Shown here: positions 36,001 to 44,410 of the stretch, in pieces
Position numbering within the stretch: the first letter of the stretch is position 1
How the letters are laid out: each line of letters starts with the position of its first letter
Origin: a virus
Taxonomy: Duplodnaviria > Heunggongvirae > Uroviricota > Caudoviricetes
Strand: one strand, 5' to 3'
DNA length: 55,002 nt
IMG/VR virus record: IMGVR_UViG_3300021479_000008
Location: 1-55,002 of that record
Notes under the pieces: model-generated
The model's input: the letters and a program-made list of their open reading frames with translations, nothing else
What the model was told of the DNA's origin: nothing
Database searches by the model: none
Position numbers and translations under genes: made by a program

Positions 36001-36259
36001 AATGCCAGTTGCCCGCACTGTCTTGGGCTACTACTGCACTTGGGGGAACGAAGCCGCCTATCTGAGCACGTATACCCGTACTGCCTGATGTTAGAAGATT
36101 ACCCGAGCTGTCTAGCCCTAGATAGGCGAATATTCCATTTGTCTGTTGACCAGACAATGCAACTGGTTGCACGAAGCCTGTCGGTGGGGCTTGTCCTTGT
36201 CCGTACGACAGGACTGTTAACAATAGCATCAAAACAACTAACTGGAGTAGTTTCTTCAT
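33047..36259 (-). CDS. Large fibre/adhesin-like protein with signal peptide and internal 97-aa repeat
   Basis: Signal MKKLLQLVVLMLLLTVLSYG; Thr/Ala/Gly-rich beta segments; tail-fibre-like repeat. Confidence 0.65.
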   Translation of the reverse strand: MKKLLQLVVLMLLLTVLSYGQGQAPPTGFVQPVALSGQQTNGIFAYLGLDSSGNLLTSGSTGIRAQIGGFVPPSAVVAQDSAGNWHYLKVDSSGNLLVTSSGTCAGCATISGSPANVQIAQWVSGTALQGKSWGDLDSSQYVAATGSAQAQVVTLASPVTALVPGLEINFLPVANNTLAAPTLAVNGLTAKPITKGGTTALVANDLTTTAIASVIYDGTQFQLQNPQTSPTSSTLTANGQSCVLGSTCNVNVGAGAHTVSINEGNGSAIGGAGPGTTNMLFASAGNSADPTYKSWADLTSTQYMAATGTAQAQVVTLAPPATSLVAGLEINFLPVANNSGAAPTLAVNGLTAKPITKSGTTALIANDLVTTAIASVIYDGTEFILQNPQTIAPLTTAGDTLYMNSTPAMARLPIGGNGQFLFVNSTVPGWDSNITDITGLLSYSGVNGLSTVGLVAAGGGVSSNGSPGAGRFSCGQGADPFPITGNMVEIVCPIVSGTLYQIVEPNTSATGFVYSTNVTQATAGTITFSGGGIATIPLNSGGTYPAGMYPGSGAGPACAIAGNGANATCTTTMNGAGTAVASFNVGAAGTGYTSATASVPVQSFWSYHTIVAGDLVPCTTCVTSAASLTSTALMTGAGAQASQTPSNTSTLSAAGVLAVAAGGSVGSADTGTPKFTFSASLITANQPVAFTSTTRSSGVLPYWQLTIPTDTGLTAATEAPGLQTVTGTRTWATTGTVATQREFLFVAPTYASASASQTFTKAATLAVSGAPIAGTNAIITNPFAFWVQSGSTELDEGTNATATNIPALAVTETWNNASIAGPAFSVAVTVTSSSATALLGQFLGGAGGATSEWQVDKGGTSQQQGSVRTINTGLIGFNSGGINTAVATNINEVASGLLGVGTTAANTLGFIKTAQFIAVTGADVTCGTGGTLTPCTALTTITGLTATLPLVAANWSFDCTIYYSQATAAAADQIGVQTATNGATNLTAGADAFTAAAVIGDGVITDVASTTTAQSVITFTPGGTGSKQKIHLTGTIEGASASGTVFNVLGLTGAAADLLTFYRGSGCWVW
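35090..35866 (-). repeat. Two 291-bp (97-aa) homologous units at 35576-35866 and 35090-35380
   Basis: SWxDLxSxQYxAATG.AQAQVVTLA...GLEINFLPVANN..AAPTLAVNGLTAKPITK.GTTAL.ANDL.TTAIASVIYDGT.F.LQNPQT occurs twice. Confidence 0.9.
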
Positions 36260-36819
36260 ACTGTTCCTCTTGGTAACGTTACCATTACTGGAACATGATC
36301 CGGTTCGTGGAGAGCTTTTCTATGGGCTTCATACCAGAACATCAGCTCTAGTCTGTTGTCACATCCGGTCTTGTCGAATACATCTCGCAGGTAATTCTTT
36401 ACTTCTTGCTGAGACGCCAACCCGACGTTCTTGGCTATTTCGGGATATGTCTTTCCTTCGACCAGAAGCCTTACTATGCTAAATTCTCTGGGGGTGAAAT
36501 GGAAATGTCCCGGTACCGATTGCTGTTCGAGATTCAACACGTCTACGAACATCTTGCCGATCTCAAACGTTACGTGCAACGAATGTATCCCAAGTCTCTT
36601 ACCAAGACGATTGATTCTGTTCTTTACTGCGTTGTATGACTTGTTCAATTTTCTAGAGGCTTCATCGTGCTGCATTCCTTGCAGAATACAATTTACAACT
36701 TCTTTGTCTAACGGAGGCAGTAACGTATACAATTCTTTCGCCCTCATAACTGTTGTCCAAGCCGCCGTAGCTGTATAATCCAAAACTTCCTGTATCTGAT
36801 GATCTAGTACTGTCTGCAT
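36256..36819 (-). CDS. Tandem LuxR-type HTH transcriptional regulator
   Basis: LDKEVVNCILQGMQHDEASRKL...VKNRINRL and FTPREFSIVRLLVEGKTYPEIAKNVG...VKNYLRDVFDKTG. Confidence 0.8.
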   Translation of the reverse strand: MQTVLDHQIQEVLDYTATAAWTTVMRAKELYTLLPPLDKEVVNCILQGMQHDEASRKLNKSYNAVKNRINRLGKRLGIHSLHVTFEIGKMFVDVLNLEQQSVPGHFHFTPREFSIVRLLVEGKTYPEIAKNVGLASQQEVKNYLRDVFDKTGCDNRLELMFWYEAHRKALHEPDHVPVMVTLPRGTV

Positions 36820-36837
36820 ACCATCCTCTTAGAAAAC

Positions 36838-36920
36838 TTTGGTGCGGCCCAGTTTCTTCGTCGCTTTGCACCGTTGCAACCATTGACGCTTATAAAGAAC
36901 ATGCTGGTCTCCGCACCAAA
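36838..36920 (-). other. Predicted intergenic RNA stem-loop structure
   Basis: Perfect 10-bp inverted repeat tttggtgcgg/ccgcaccaaa enclosing CCAG/CUGG, CGUC/GACG and UUGCA/UGCAA stems. Confidence 0.5.
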
Positions 36921-36924
36921 CCTT

Positions 36925-37500
36925 TTATGCTGCCGTACCGAATTGCAATACCAACTTGGTACCTGGCCCGGCTGTGACTGTCAACGTATCCATTCCCACC
37001 AACGGAGGATTGACGGAATTATCCGTACACGTAACGTTGGCTGTTCCAACCTTCAGTGCTTTAAACGTCGCACTTCCGTCTGGGTTCTGTGTCAACGTGG
37101 CTATGGTTGGATCGTCAATGCCCCACGTTACCGAGGCTGGGTTAAGAGTTACGGAATTGCCTACGGCGTCTGTCTCAATCGCAGAACATGGAATTGTCTG
37201 AGTGTCTGTTTCTTTACCTGGCATACCTGGTTGTTCTCCTTGAAACTGAATTTCCAGTTTTACTGGATGTTGGGATGGTTGCAGAATCTCAAGAATTGAC
37301 TTCACGTTGTCTTGCGTACTTTCTACTGCATTTTGGACTGAGATCTGACTCCTTGCTATGATCGCCTGTCCTTTTACTAACAAATCGATCTGCTCTTTCA
37401 ACTGATCGACCGACTTGTTAATCTTATCTATATCGGAATCAATATCATTCAACTTGCGGAACAACTGATCGTGGTTTTCGGCTAGCCAGTTCACTTCCAT
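36925..37500 (-). CDS. Coiled-coil plus Ig-like (Big-2-like) domain protein
   Basis: VTWGIDDPTIATLTQNPDGSATFKALKVGTANVT. Confidence 0.7.
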   Translation of the reverse strand: MEVNWLAENHDQLFRKLNDIDSDIDKINKSVDQLKEQIDLLVKGQAIIARSQISVQNAVESTQDNVKSILEILQPSQHPVKLEIQFQGEQPGMPGKETDTQTIPCSAIETDAVGNSVTLNPASVTWGIDDPTIATLTQNPDGSATFKALKVGTANVTCTDNSVNPPLVGMDTLTVTAGPGTKLVLQFGTAA

Positions 37501-37509
37501 ACTTCCTCC

Positions 37510-37794
37510 CTACAACTCCTCAATCATCTTCTCAAGATCGACTGGTAGTGATAATCCGTGTACGGAAATACCTTTCGTTGTTACGTAATCTTGTTGCTTA
37601 TCTGCATCGACGGTTGGTTTGTCCGCTCCCATTAGTACGTCTTTCTCGTCTGCTCCTATTACCTTGAATATGAGATCGGGCCGTTCTCGTATCGCATCAA
37701 GACGTTCCTTCGTACTCATCTGGGTGATGACTCGTACTACGTGTCTTACTACCCCGGCTGGTGTTTCTATCAATACGAAGTCACGGTGTATCAT
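37510..37794 (-). CDS. Hypothetical protein
   Basis: GAGG RBS; tight packing. Confidence 0.6.
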   Translation of the reverse strand: MIHRDFVLIETPAGVVRHVVRVITQMSTKERLDAIRERPDLIFKVIGADEKDVLMGADKPTVDADKQQDYVTTKGISVHGLSLPVDLEKMIEEL

Positions 37795-37803
37795 AACTAC
37801 TCC

Positions 37804-38118
37804 TCAACGACTGTACCAACCTTTGGTAATATCCGGAAACTTCTCGGCTAGACTATTGCCTGGACTACCATCGAATTTGGTTGTGTTTGTCAGCCCATCT
37901 ACACCAAAAGGAGCGAATGGTCTCTCACTAACTACCTTCTGCATCATCTCTTTACTCGGACTGAGACCAATCGTCAAATGCTGGATAATATGCTGGCAAC
38001 GATTCACGTTACGAATAATAGCGTCACGTTGTTTAAATCCAAATACAGAAAAGAATAACAACGCCAATGCTTCCCCGAATACTGTTGGTCTATCAAATCC
38101 AATTATCTCTTTATCCAT
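37804..38118 (-). CDS. Hypothetical protein
   Basis: AGGAGG RBS. Confidence 0.6.
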   Translation of the reverse strand: MDKEIIGFDRPTVFGEALALLFFSVFGFKQRDAIIRNVNRCQHIIQHLTIGLSPSKEMMQKVVSERPFAPFGVDGLTNTTKFDGSPGNSLAEKFPDITKGWYSR

Positions 38119-38126
38119 ACTTCCTC

Positions 38127-39896
38127 CTATTGCGTTAAGTCTAATACGAAATCATCGTTACGGCAAATGCTCGGTGTTCCTGGTGTCATACCAAGACCAC
38201 ACAACATATCTGACGTGAAAAATATCTTCGTTCTATCCTGGGAAGGGGAACTGATGCAGTACTGTGCCCAGAAGTTCGATACGGGAGTACCACTGTTGTA
38301 ACACTTACCGAATCGGAGTATCTTATCGGTTCCATCTACAGTGACTCCGTACAATTCGTTCTTGTAAGGACCTACCCATACTGCGTTCGGTCCAGCGGAT
38401 GAACCTAACAACGGATTCACGTCACTGGTGATATCTGCGCTGAAATGGTTTTCTTGGCATGGGTGACAGTCGAACGTTGCTATGGTAGTAAACGCATCAA
38501 GACTGGTATATGGGTGCTCGTCTATAGAAGGATTTCCGGAATTGAAATAAAAGCTCTTACCCATTGCCCCGTGGCCTGTAGCGTTTGACTTGGGCGTAAA
38601 AATAACAAAGTTAGCTGTCTTCGGCTGCCAGAAAAAAGGACCAAGATTATTACACGATGTTCCTATACAACTCGCAGGAGAGAAACTTACCCAAGGACCT
38701 ATCGTTGTTGCTTCATGCATTCCCCACGTAGCGTTTATTGCTGTCAATACGTTTGTGCTACCATCTGGACCATACCAGATTGGATTCGTCCCATTACCTT
38801 TCGTATCGAATGTCGTACAGCCTATTCCCGGTTCGTAATAGAAATACAAATGGGAACTGTCTTGCGCTCCGGCCCAACTAATGCCACTGGAAAAGGTTTT
38901 ATCTCCCAGACCAACTGAAAAGATCGTATGCGAGATAGGCTTGCCCGGTTGTGCGAACTTGCACTGGGCTAAATCGTATACCTTTGACCAGACTGGGGGA
39001 TTATCTAGATCTAGGCACTGTCCTTTACCACAAAGAGTACTTGAAGCTGAAAACGTTACTGCGTAGATCTGGAGACCCGTTCCCGTACCACCTGGAGTAA
39101 CGTTACTGAATCCCGGAATACAATACCAGATTAGTGGATTTACCTGTGACCACTGTGCTCCACCATCCGGACATTCTGTGATTACTTTACCTGAGTATGC
39201 TTTGTCCGTTACTGGATTGAATCCACTTACGTAATTACTTCCCCACGTACTCTTCAACGTGATTGCTGTGGTGGCAGTGTTACTGATACGATCGAACGAT
39301 CCACCACTAGGCGTACTGTTCCACTGGGTATTAGCGTCTTTACCCATTGTGTTTTCGTCACTGACACGACACAATCGGAACTTACTGAGGACTGTATCCT
39401 GTACACAGGTCCCGGCTGGTATTTTCGTGTTGAACGGTGCGGCTGGTGTTTGGACTATATCTGTTCCCGTGTAGGCGTTGGAATACGATGGCGGTCCCGT
39501 ACTGGGCAATGATGCTACAACGTTGACTGTTGCAGTGGCTGATTCGGTTGCTCCTGTACTGTCTGTTGCGGTAAAGTGTACAACGTACGTTCCTATCTTA
39601 GGATAAAAATGAGTGACTGACATACCGCAAAAGTTTGGCGACGTACACGTTATACCATCACCGAATGTCCATGTCCACGTTGTGATCTTGGCGTTGGTAT
39701 CTGACTTCGCTGTTCCGACGAAAGCGACCTTGGAATTTGAACTCGACACAATCGTGGAGCTTACTGGGGTGACAGTTACGGTGATATTATCTAAGGCTAA
39801 CGTGGTAGCGTTTGGCGTTGGTGCTTTACTACTTACTGGATGAATGATACTACATCCTATTCCGAATAGCAACGTTAACAACCAAAATTTTCTCAT
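38127..39896 (-). CDS. Secreted PKD-domain protein with putative beta-propeller
   Basis: Signal MRKFWLLTLLFGIGC; PKD motif WTWTFGDG...HFYPKIGTYVVHFTATD; C-terminal SPSQDRTKIFFTSD. Confidence 0.7.
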   Translation of the reverse strand: MRKFWLLTLLFGIGCSIIHPVSSKAPTPNATTLALDNITVTVTPVSSTIVSSSNSKVAFVGTAKSDTNAKITTWTWTFGDGITCTSPNFCGMSVTHFYPKIGTYVVHFTATDSTGATESATATVNVVASLPSTGPPSYSNAYTGTDIVQTPAAPFNTKIPAGTCVQDTVLSKFRLCRVSDENTMGKDANTQWNSTPSGGSFDRISNTATTAITLKSTWGSNYVSGFNPVTDKAYSGKVITECPDGGAQWSQVNPLIWYCIPGFSNVTPGGTGTGLQIYAVTFSASSTLCGKGQCLDLDNPPVWSKVYDLAQCKFAQPGKPISHTIFSVGLGDKTFSSGISWAGAQDSSHLYFYYEPGIGCTTFDTKGNGTNPIWYGPDGSTNVLTAINATWGMHEATTIGPWVSFSPASCIGTSCNNLGPFFWQPKTANFVIFTPKSNATGHGAMGKSFYFNSGNPSIDEHPYTSLDAFTTIATFDCHPCQENHFSADITSDVNPLLGSSAGPNAVWVGPYKNELYGVTVDGTDKILRFGKCYNSGTPVSNFWAQYCISSPSQDRTKIFFTSDMLCGLGMTPGTPSICRNDDFVLDLTQ

Positions 39897-39899
39897 AAA

Positions 39900-40106
39900 C
39901 TATCCTTTTACCAACTTCAATGTCCTTGGATTGCTTTCAGCTTCCACCTCACGATCAGTCCTATTACCATTCTTTATAAAACTATTTACGGCATCGACTG
40001 TTTCTGTTACCAATTCTGTTGTAGCCAAATCGGTAGACTTTCCTTCCATCAACTTATTCCCATATCTGATTTGAATCTGTTCTCGTACGTCAGGTAACAT
40101 TCCCAT
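39900..40106 (-). CDS. Hypothetical protein
   Basis: GGAGG RBS. Confidence 0.55.
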   Translation of the reverse strand: MGMLPDVREQIQIRYGNKLMEGKSTDLATTELVTETVDAVNSFIKNGNRTDREVEAESNPRTLKLVKG

Positions 40107-40119
40107 ACTTCCTCCCTCG

Positions 40120-41022
40120 TTACAACTGACTCCAGTCTATGCCTTGTTCTTCGGCCAATACCTTTTCTCGTGGGCCACTACTCTGCTCATCGTAATCGTT
40201 CCAAGTACCGCGTGCTACTTTTCTGGTGACTGGGGTAATGGTCTGCAATATCTGTGTTTCTAATTCTCCACTGAAGCTTTCCAATATTCGTGCTGCGACT
40301 GGATTTGGGCTCCACACCGACTGAGCGTAATCACGTTTACCACCGGCTGCATCGAAGGCCGCTTGACTTTGTACTCCTTGGGGCAACGGCATTCCACTAT
40401 CGTCAAAGCTGCTCCAGTAACTGGCTACCTTCATTAACGAATTACTATGCTGTGCCTTAATATCATTTACTGCGACAACGTTTCGTGCTACACTATCCGT
40501 TATCGAGGGGATACTTATCCAACTAAAATCTGTTCCCTGCTTACCGAACGTAATACCCGAAAACTTCTGGGCTAATACCTTAAGATCTGCACCAGTATTA
40601 AAATCTAAAATCAAACGTTGATCGTCGTAATTGGAAGCGTTGAGTATTTTCTGGGTAGAAGCTGCACTTAGCGAATCGACTACATTCTGTGTTGATGGAA
40701 CCGTAACTCCTTTGGCGTTTAACTTAGCGCACCAAGGATCTAACAGAAACATGAACTTCAATCCCATTTGCTGGCAAAGACTGGCTAACGTAATCGCGTT
40801 CTGATTACAGGCTGTGGCGTATGCCCCTTGCCACGTTCCAATTACTTCCGTAATACCGTCATCCAACATCATTTCTAATTGCTTGGTGATTATCTTGGGG
40901 TCGTTTGGGCTATACGGAATACCACGATGTACGTGAACATCACCATTATAACAAATGTAGTGAGTACACTGTATACCAGCCCAGCCTTTGACTTTACTTT
41001 GAATCAAATCTAGTGCGTTCAT
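40120..41022 (-). CDS. GH99/GH71-like glycoside hydrolase
   Basis: YSPNDPKIITKQLEMMLDDGITEVIGTWQG; TWNDYDE. Confidence 0.55.
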   Translation of the reverse strand: MNALDLIQSKVKGWAGIQCTHYICYNGDVHVHRGIPYSPNDPKIITKQLEMMLDDGITEVIGTWQGAYATACNQNAITLASLCQQMGLKFMFLLDPWCAKLNAKGVTVPSTQNVVDSLSAASTQKILNASNYDDQRLILDFNTGADLKVLAQKFSGITFGKQGTDFSWISIPSITDSVARNVVAVNDIKAQHSNSLMKVASYWSSFDDSGMPLPQGVQSQAAFDAAGGKRDYAQSVWSPNPVAARILESFSGELETQILQTITPVTRKVARGTWNDYDEQSSGPREKVLAEEQGIDWSQL

Positions 41023-41030
41023 ACTACTCC

Positions 41031-41264
41031 TTAGTACAGACCAAACAAATGCAGAAACAAACCAAATACCAACAGGATCAAAAACCAGTATATGATCTGT
41101 TGAGTCAATGCATCAGCTCCAAGTTTTGCGGCGACTAGGAACGTGAGCTTGAAAAGAATCAAGCAGAGAAAAATCAAAATAATTACCCCGATTATAATCC
41201 CCGCGAATCCGTCTATACCTAAAAACCCGTAACGCGTTAACGGTGCTACTAAAGATGCTAACAT
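41031..41264 (-). CDS. Two-TM membrane protein, possibly holin
   Basis: Two long hydrophobic helices. Confidence 0.65.
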   Translation of the reverse strand: MLASLVAPLTRYGFLGIDGFAGIIIGVIILIFLCLILFKLTFLVAAKLGADALTQQIIYWFLILLVFGLFLHLFGLY

Positions 41265-41416
41265 ATTATCCTTTCTTTAACCAGAATGGAAGTAACCTAC
41301 CTGGATTAGGGAAATAACTTATACCTATTCCAACTTGTAGACTTGCACACCACACTGGACGATGGAATATTCCACGACAGAAATGAATGTCTCTATACCA
41401 CACAACTTTACCAGCC

Positions 41417-42391
41417 TTAGTTTGCATGCTTGGCATGACCGTTTGTTTTCTCTTTCTTGGGAACTTCCTCGGCTTCTATGACTGGCAACGGACGTTTGAA
41501 CGTCGATTCGTGATTACGTAACTGAGCGGCTAACATTAATGCATCCAGACTTACCACAACGTTATTACCATCTCCCGTGGTAAGTAAATGACTTCCGTTT
41601 TGTCCTGGAATAGGCTGCATATTAAGACCGGCTGTCATTCCCGTCAATGCTGCACTGGCTCCAACTTGCCCACTCAATGCTGCCAACGTTGCCATATCTG
41701 CCATCTCATGCGGATTCTTCGGATTCACACCATGGATTCTCATCCATTCGTGTATCGCACCGAATATGTCTGATTCTGCTTCCAGTAACATTTTCCTGTA
41801 GGTATTGACTCTACGTTGATTGTTCTTACTGTCCAGTCTTTCGTCTGCATAAAAAGGCTCACCCTGAAATTTCTCATTTATCTTTTCTACCAGACGTTGA
41901 CGACGCATAAGAACCTGGATAATAAAAGGGGCTGTTGCTCGTATTGCTTTTCCTGATTCCAGATTTTCTCTTACTGCTTTCCTCAACGAACCTACTAACG
42001 CACGATTCGTTAACCAGTAACCGTTTTTCCTTTTTGCTTCCCAGTCTCCCAACCAAGGGACACGTTTCTTGTTTCCGTGTTTGCTTAGAGCTTCCTGTTC
42101 CCATACCTTCTTTGGTGAGACCATCCATATAAAAAACTTCCGTTCTAACTTGTCCTTGAGTTTCTTCTTGGCGAAGGATTCTATGCAACGGTGGTGGTTC
42201 ATAGAACCTTTGTGTTTTCGATACGTTACTTCCCCGTTGAATTCTCTCCACCAGTCTGGTAGTAGATCCTTTAGTTTGAGATAGAATTTCCATCCTGCAC
42301 TCTCGTACTCTTTACTGCTCTTTGCTTCGTCACTCAGGATTTCTAACTCTTCCTCGTCTTCCAACCAATCTTCTTGTTCACGCTTGCTCAT
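41417..42391 (-). CDS. Hypothetical protein
   Basis: 324-aa ORF; acidic N-terminus, basic middle; no recognised family. Confidence 0.7.
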   Translation of the reverse strand: MSKREQEDWLEDEEELEILSDEAKSSKEYESAGWKFYLKLKDLLPDWWREFNGEVTYRKHKGSMNHHRCIESFAKKKLKDKLERKFFIWMVSPKKVWEQEALSKHGNKKRVPWLGDWEAKRKNGYWLTNRALVGSLRKAVRENLESGKAIRATAPFIIQVLMRRQRLVEKINEKFQGEPFYADERLDSKNNQRRVNTYRKMLLEAESDIFGAIHEWMRIHGVNPKNPHEMADMATLAALSGQVGASAALTGMTAGLNMQPIPGQNGSHLLTTGDGNNVVVSLDALMLAAQLRNHESTFKRPLPVIEAEEVPKKEKTNGHAKHAN

Positions 42392-42393
42392 AC

Positions 42394-42560
42394 TTAGGCA
42401 GTTGCAACTTTACTGGGATCGTATGTTTCTAACACTGGTCTGTTAGCTTGTTCTATTGCTTCAAACAACTGATCGATACTCAACTCATCCAACCTCCAAC
42501 CATCATATATATATCTTTTGCACGTTCAAGACCTTTTCCTATCTCTTCTTTGGTATACAT
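42394..42560 (-). pseudogene. Small gene frameshifted at an (AT)5 run (54 aa if (AT)4)
   Basis: GAGGT RBS; MYTKEEIGKGLERAKDIY joins DGWRLDELSIDQLFEAIEQ...ATA* if one AT unit is removed at 42505-42514. Confidence 0.5.
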
Positions 42561-42567
42561 AAATACC

Positions 42568-42885
42568 TCACTTGACTATTGCTTTGGCTGCTGCTTGCAT
42601 TAGATCGACTGTACTGGAAGGAACTTCAGAAGTAAGGGGAATAACCTTTTCGATGACTTCTTTGATTACCTGCTTGGCTGACCTTTTTGGTTTACCACGT
42701 TTCTGGATAAACCTATAAAAATCTCTGCCGTATAGGTCTCTGGTTTGGCAACCAGCTTTGGTGGCCCTGTCTTCCAGAAATTCTGGTGTACTATTCTTGG
42801 CTGTTGCTAGACCACCTAAACTACCTCTAGCCTTTGCGGTTAATGCTCGTCTCGACACGAAGGCGCCCATTTCGTTTTCCTTCAA
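42568..42885 (-). CDS. KGG-repeat-like small protein
   Basis: ARGSLGGLATAKN..PEF...TRDLYGRDFYRFIQKRG resembles the GxKGGxxTxxxxGxEFYxEIG pattern. Confidence 0.5.
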   Translation of the reverse strand: MKENEMGAFVSRRALTAKARGSLGGLATAKNSTPEFLEDRATKAGCQTRDLYGRDFYRFIQKRGKPKRSAKQVIKEVIEKVIPLTSEVPSSTVDLMQAAAKAIVK

Positions 42886-42910
42886 CAGGATTAACGACTA
42901 CCTTACGTTA

Positions 42911-43075
42911 CTACTTCTTAGGGATGGGTGCCTGGTTGTTAGTGAACTTTTTACCAAGGGCTTGGGCGGCTGACGTACTCGTATCTTGCTGCTTACCCCA
43001 GCTCTGATCTATGCTATGCTGAACCACTGGACTTGTACTGTTTCCTTTTTGATTATTTTGCGCTGTGGCGGCCAT
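42911..43075 (-). CDS. Small hydrophilic hypothetical protein (54 aa)
   Basis: Hand translation MAATAQNNQKG...PIPKK; AGGAG RBS. Not in the ORF track. Confidence 0.55.
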   Translation of the reverse strand: MAATAQNNQKGNSTSPVVQHSIDQSWGKQQDTSTSAAQALGKKFTNNQAPIPKK

Positions 43076-43167
43076 TTGAATTTCTCCTGCCGAAGACTAC
43101 TGAACGAAGTCTGGGGCGTAAGTATATTAACAAACTCAGGTTGTTCCTAGCTACAACTTACCTAATA

Positions 43168-43656
43168 TTACGTAGAGGGCAGACTTGACGCATCTTTCAA
43201 CGTATCTGGGTGTTTTGCTCCAACTTCACCTGATGGTAAATAAATAGTGTATGGAAGTCCTTTGGCTTTAATTTTATTGACTAGATCGAACATCGTACCA
43301 CCTTTCATTCTCTCCTCTGGGAAGAGAAAGAATTCGTCACCTAGGTTTACCAGCGTATCGTTCTGGGCCATCCAGTGGCTAGTTATCTCGGACTGACTGA
43401 GATCGTTAATTAAACAGTGATACAGTTCTAGGATTAGGCAGTCGAACTCGAATTTCCCGTTCTGGTCTCGGTACTTACTGTTTCTTTCTTTCACTACCTT
43501 TCCTATACCTTTATCGACGGAGGAGATCACAAATAAGACGTGGGCATACTTTGCCTTTACCTCGTCGATTATGTCGTTTACTAGCTTGATGTCTATGGCG
43601 TTGATACGATTGTAATTCGTTCTACGGTTGTAGGCTCCGACTAGGACTACTCTCAC
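43168..43656 (-). CDS. Hypothetical alpha/beta protein, possibly SLOG-like
   Basis: MRVVLVG...GIG...MKGGTMFDLVNKIKAKGLPYTIY. Confidence 0.55.
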   Translation of the reverse strand: MRVVLVGAYNRRTNYNRINAIDIKLVNDIIDEVKAKYAHVLFVISSVDKGIGKVVKERNSKYRDQNGKFEFDCLILELYHCLINDLSQSEITSHWMAQNDTLVNLGDEFFLFPEERMKGGTMFDLVNKIKAKGLPYTIYLPSGEVGAKHPDTLKDASSLPST

Positions 43657-43835
43657 TGACCACCTCCAACTGGTACGTAATCATAAGCTTTGTGATTTAT
43701 AACAAGCCTGACTTTTTCCGGTCTTTTATTTTTCACAGCCATATCTAAAATCATTGCATCACCAGACGAGTTTGCATCTGGAACTAAGTTGATATACAAG
43801 CTTTCATCTTTTGCCCATGACACTAGTGCTCTCAT
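43653..43835 (-). CDS. Hypothetical protein
   Basis: 4-bp overlaps with neighbours. Confidence 0.55.
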   Translation of the reverse strand: MRALVSWAKDESLYINLVPDANSSGDAMILDMAVKNKRPEKVRLVINHKAYDYVPVGGGQ

Positions 43836-44023
43836 ACTGTATCTCCATTCGTAGATTGATGCTTGACTAGATATTCTTTATCGTGTTTACTGGCTTCTTC
43901 TATTGTCTTGAAACCTACCCCAGGATATTTTATACCTTCAATTTCTGTTACAGCGTTGATCGGAGGACGAGCACATATATGACACCAGACAACGTAACCT
44001 TTCGGCAATCTCCACTGACTCAT
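43832..44023 (-). CDS. Hypothetical protein with CHIC...H..H
   Basis: 4-bp overlaps; Zn-finger-like residues. Confidence 0.55.
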   Translation of the reverse strand: MSQWRLPKGYVVWCHICARPPINAVTEIEGIKYPGVGFKTIEEASKHDKEYLVKHQSTNGDTV

Positions 44024-44247
44024 ACTTCCTCCAATACAACTACTTCCTGGGCATGGTAACCTTTTTGTGTTTTCTCTGGCTTGAATTCTACACGTTCACC
44101 ATCTCGCAACGTTTTGAATCCTTTACCGTCAAGCTGGGAATAGTGTACGAATATATCGTCGGTCATTCCCGTCTTTTCGTCAGGGATAATAAACCCGTAG
44201 CCTTTGCTGTTGGAAAACCACTTGACACGTCCTTCTATTCTATCCAC
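44020..44247 (-). CDS. cspA: Cold-shock domain protein
   Basis: GRVKWFSNSKGYGFI...DIFVHYSQL...GFKTLRDGERVEF. Confidence 0.92.
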   Translation of the reverse strand: MDRIEGRVKWFSNSKGYGFIIPDEKTGMTDDIFVHYSQLDGKGFKTLRDGERVEFKPEKTQKGYHAQEVVVLEEV

Positions 44248-44410
44248 AACTTTCTCCTTTTATTTTCTTGATCTCTTTTACTATGTCTTCAACTGTTGGT
44301 CTACTTAATCCTAAAGCAGCACCAATTCTATTTATCTCAGCGTCATGACTTTGACGTTCTAAATATTCGTCTTGATTAGCTGGATCTAACGTATCATCTC
44401 CAAAGCTCAT
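44240..44410 (-). CDS. Small hypothetical protein (56 aa)
   Basis: Hand translation MSFGDDTLDPANQ...; ATGA overlap with the upstream stop. Not in the ORF track. Confidence 0.55.
   Translation of the reverse strand: MSFGDDTLDPANQDEYLERQSHDAEINRIGAALGLSRPTVEDIVKEIKKIKGESCG

Noticed and set aside
36838-36920. tRNA or known riboswitch (c-di-GMP, ZTP, fluoride)
   Set aside because: No cloverleaf, T-loop or CCA end, and consensus nucleotides for those riboswitches are absent; kept only as an unclassified structure.
41417-42391. Terminase small subunit
   Set aside because: No recognisable HTH or terminase motif and no adjacent large subunit; left as hypothetical.
43090-43167. Sigma70 promoter upstream of the 54-aa ORF (TATACT)
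   Set aside because: No -35 match at the right spacing and it does not match the TCTGTATAAT class; too weak to call.
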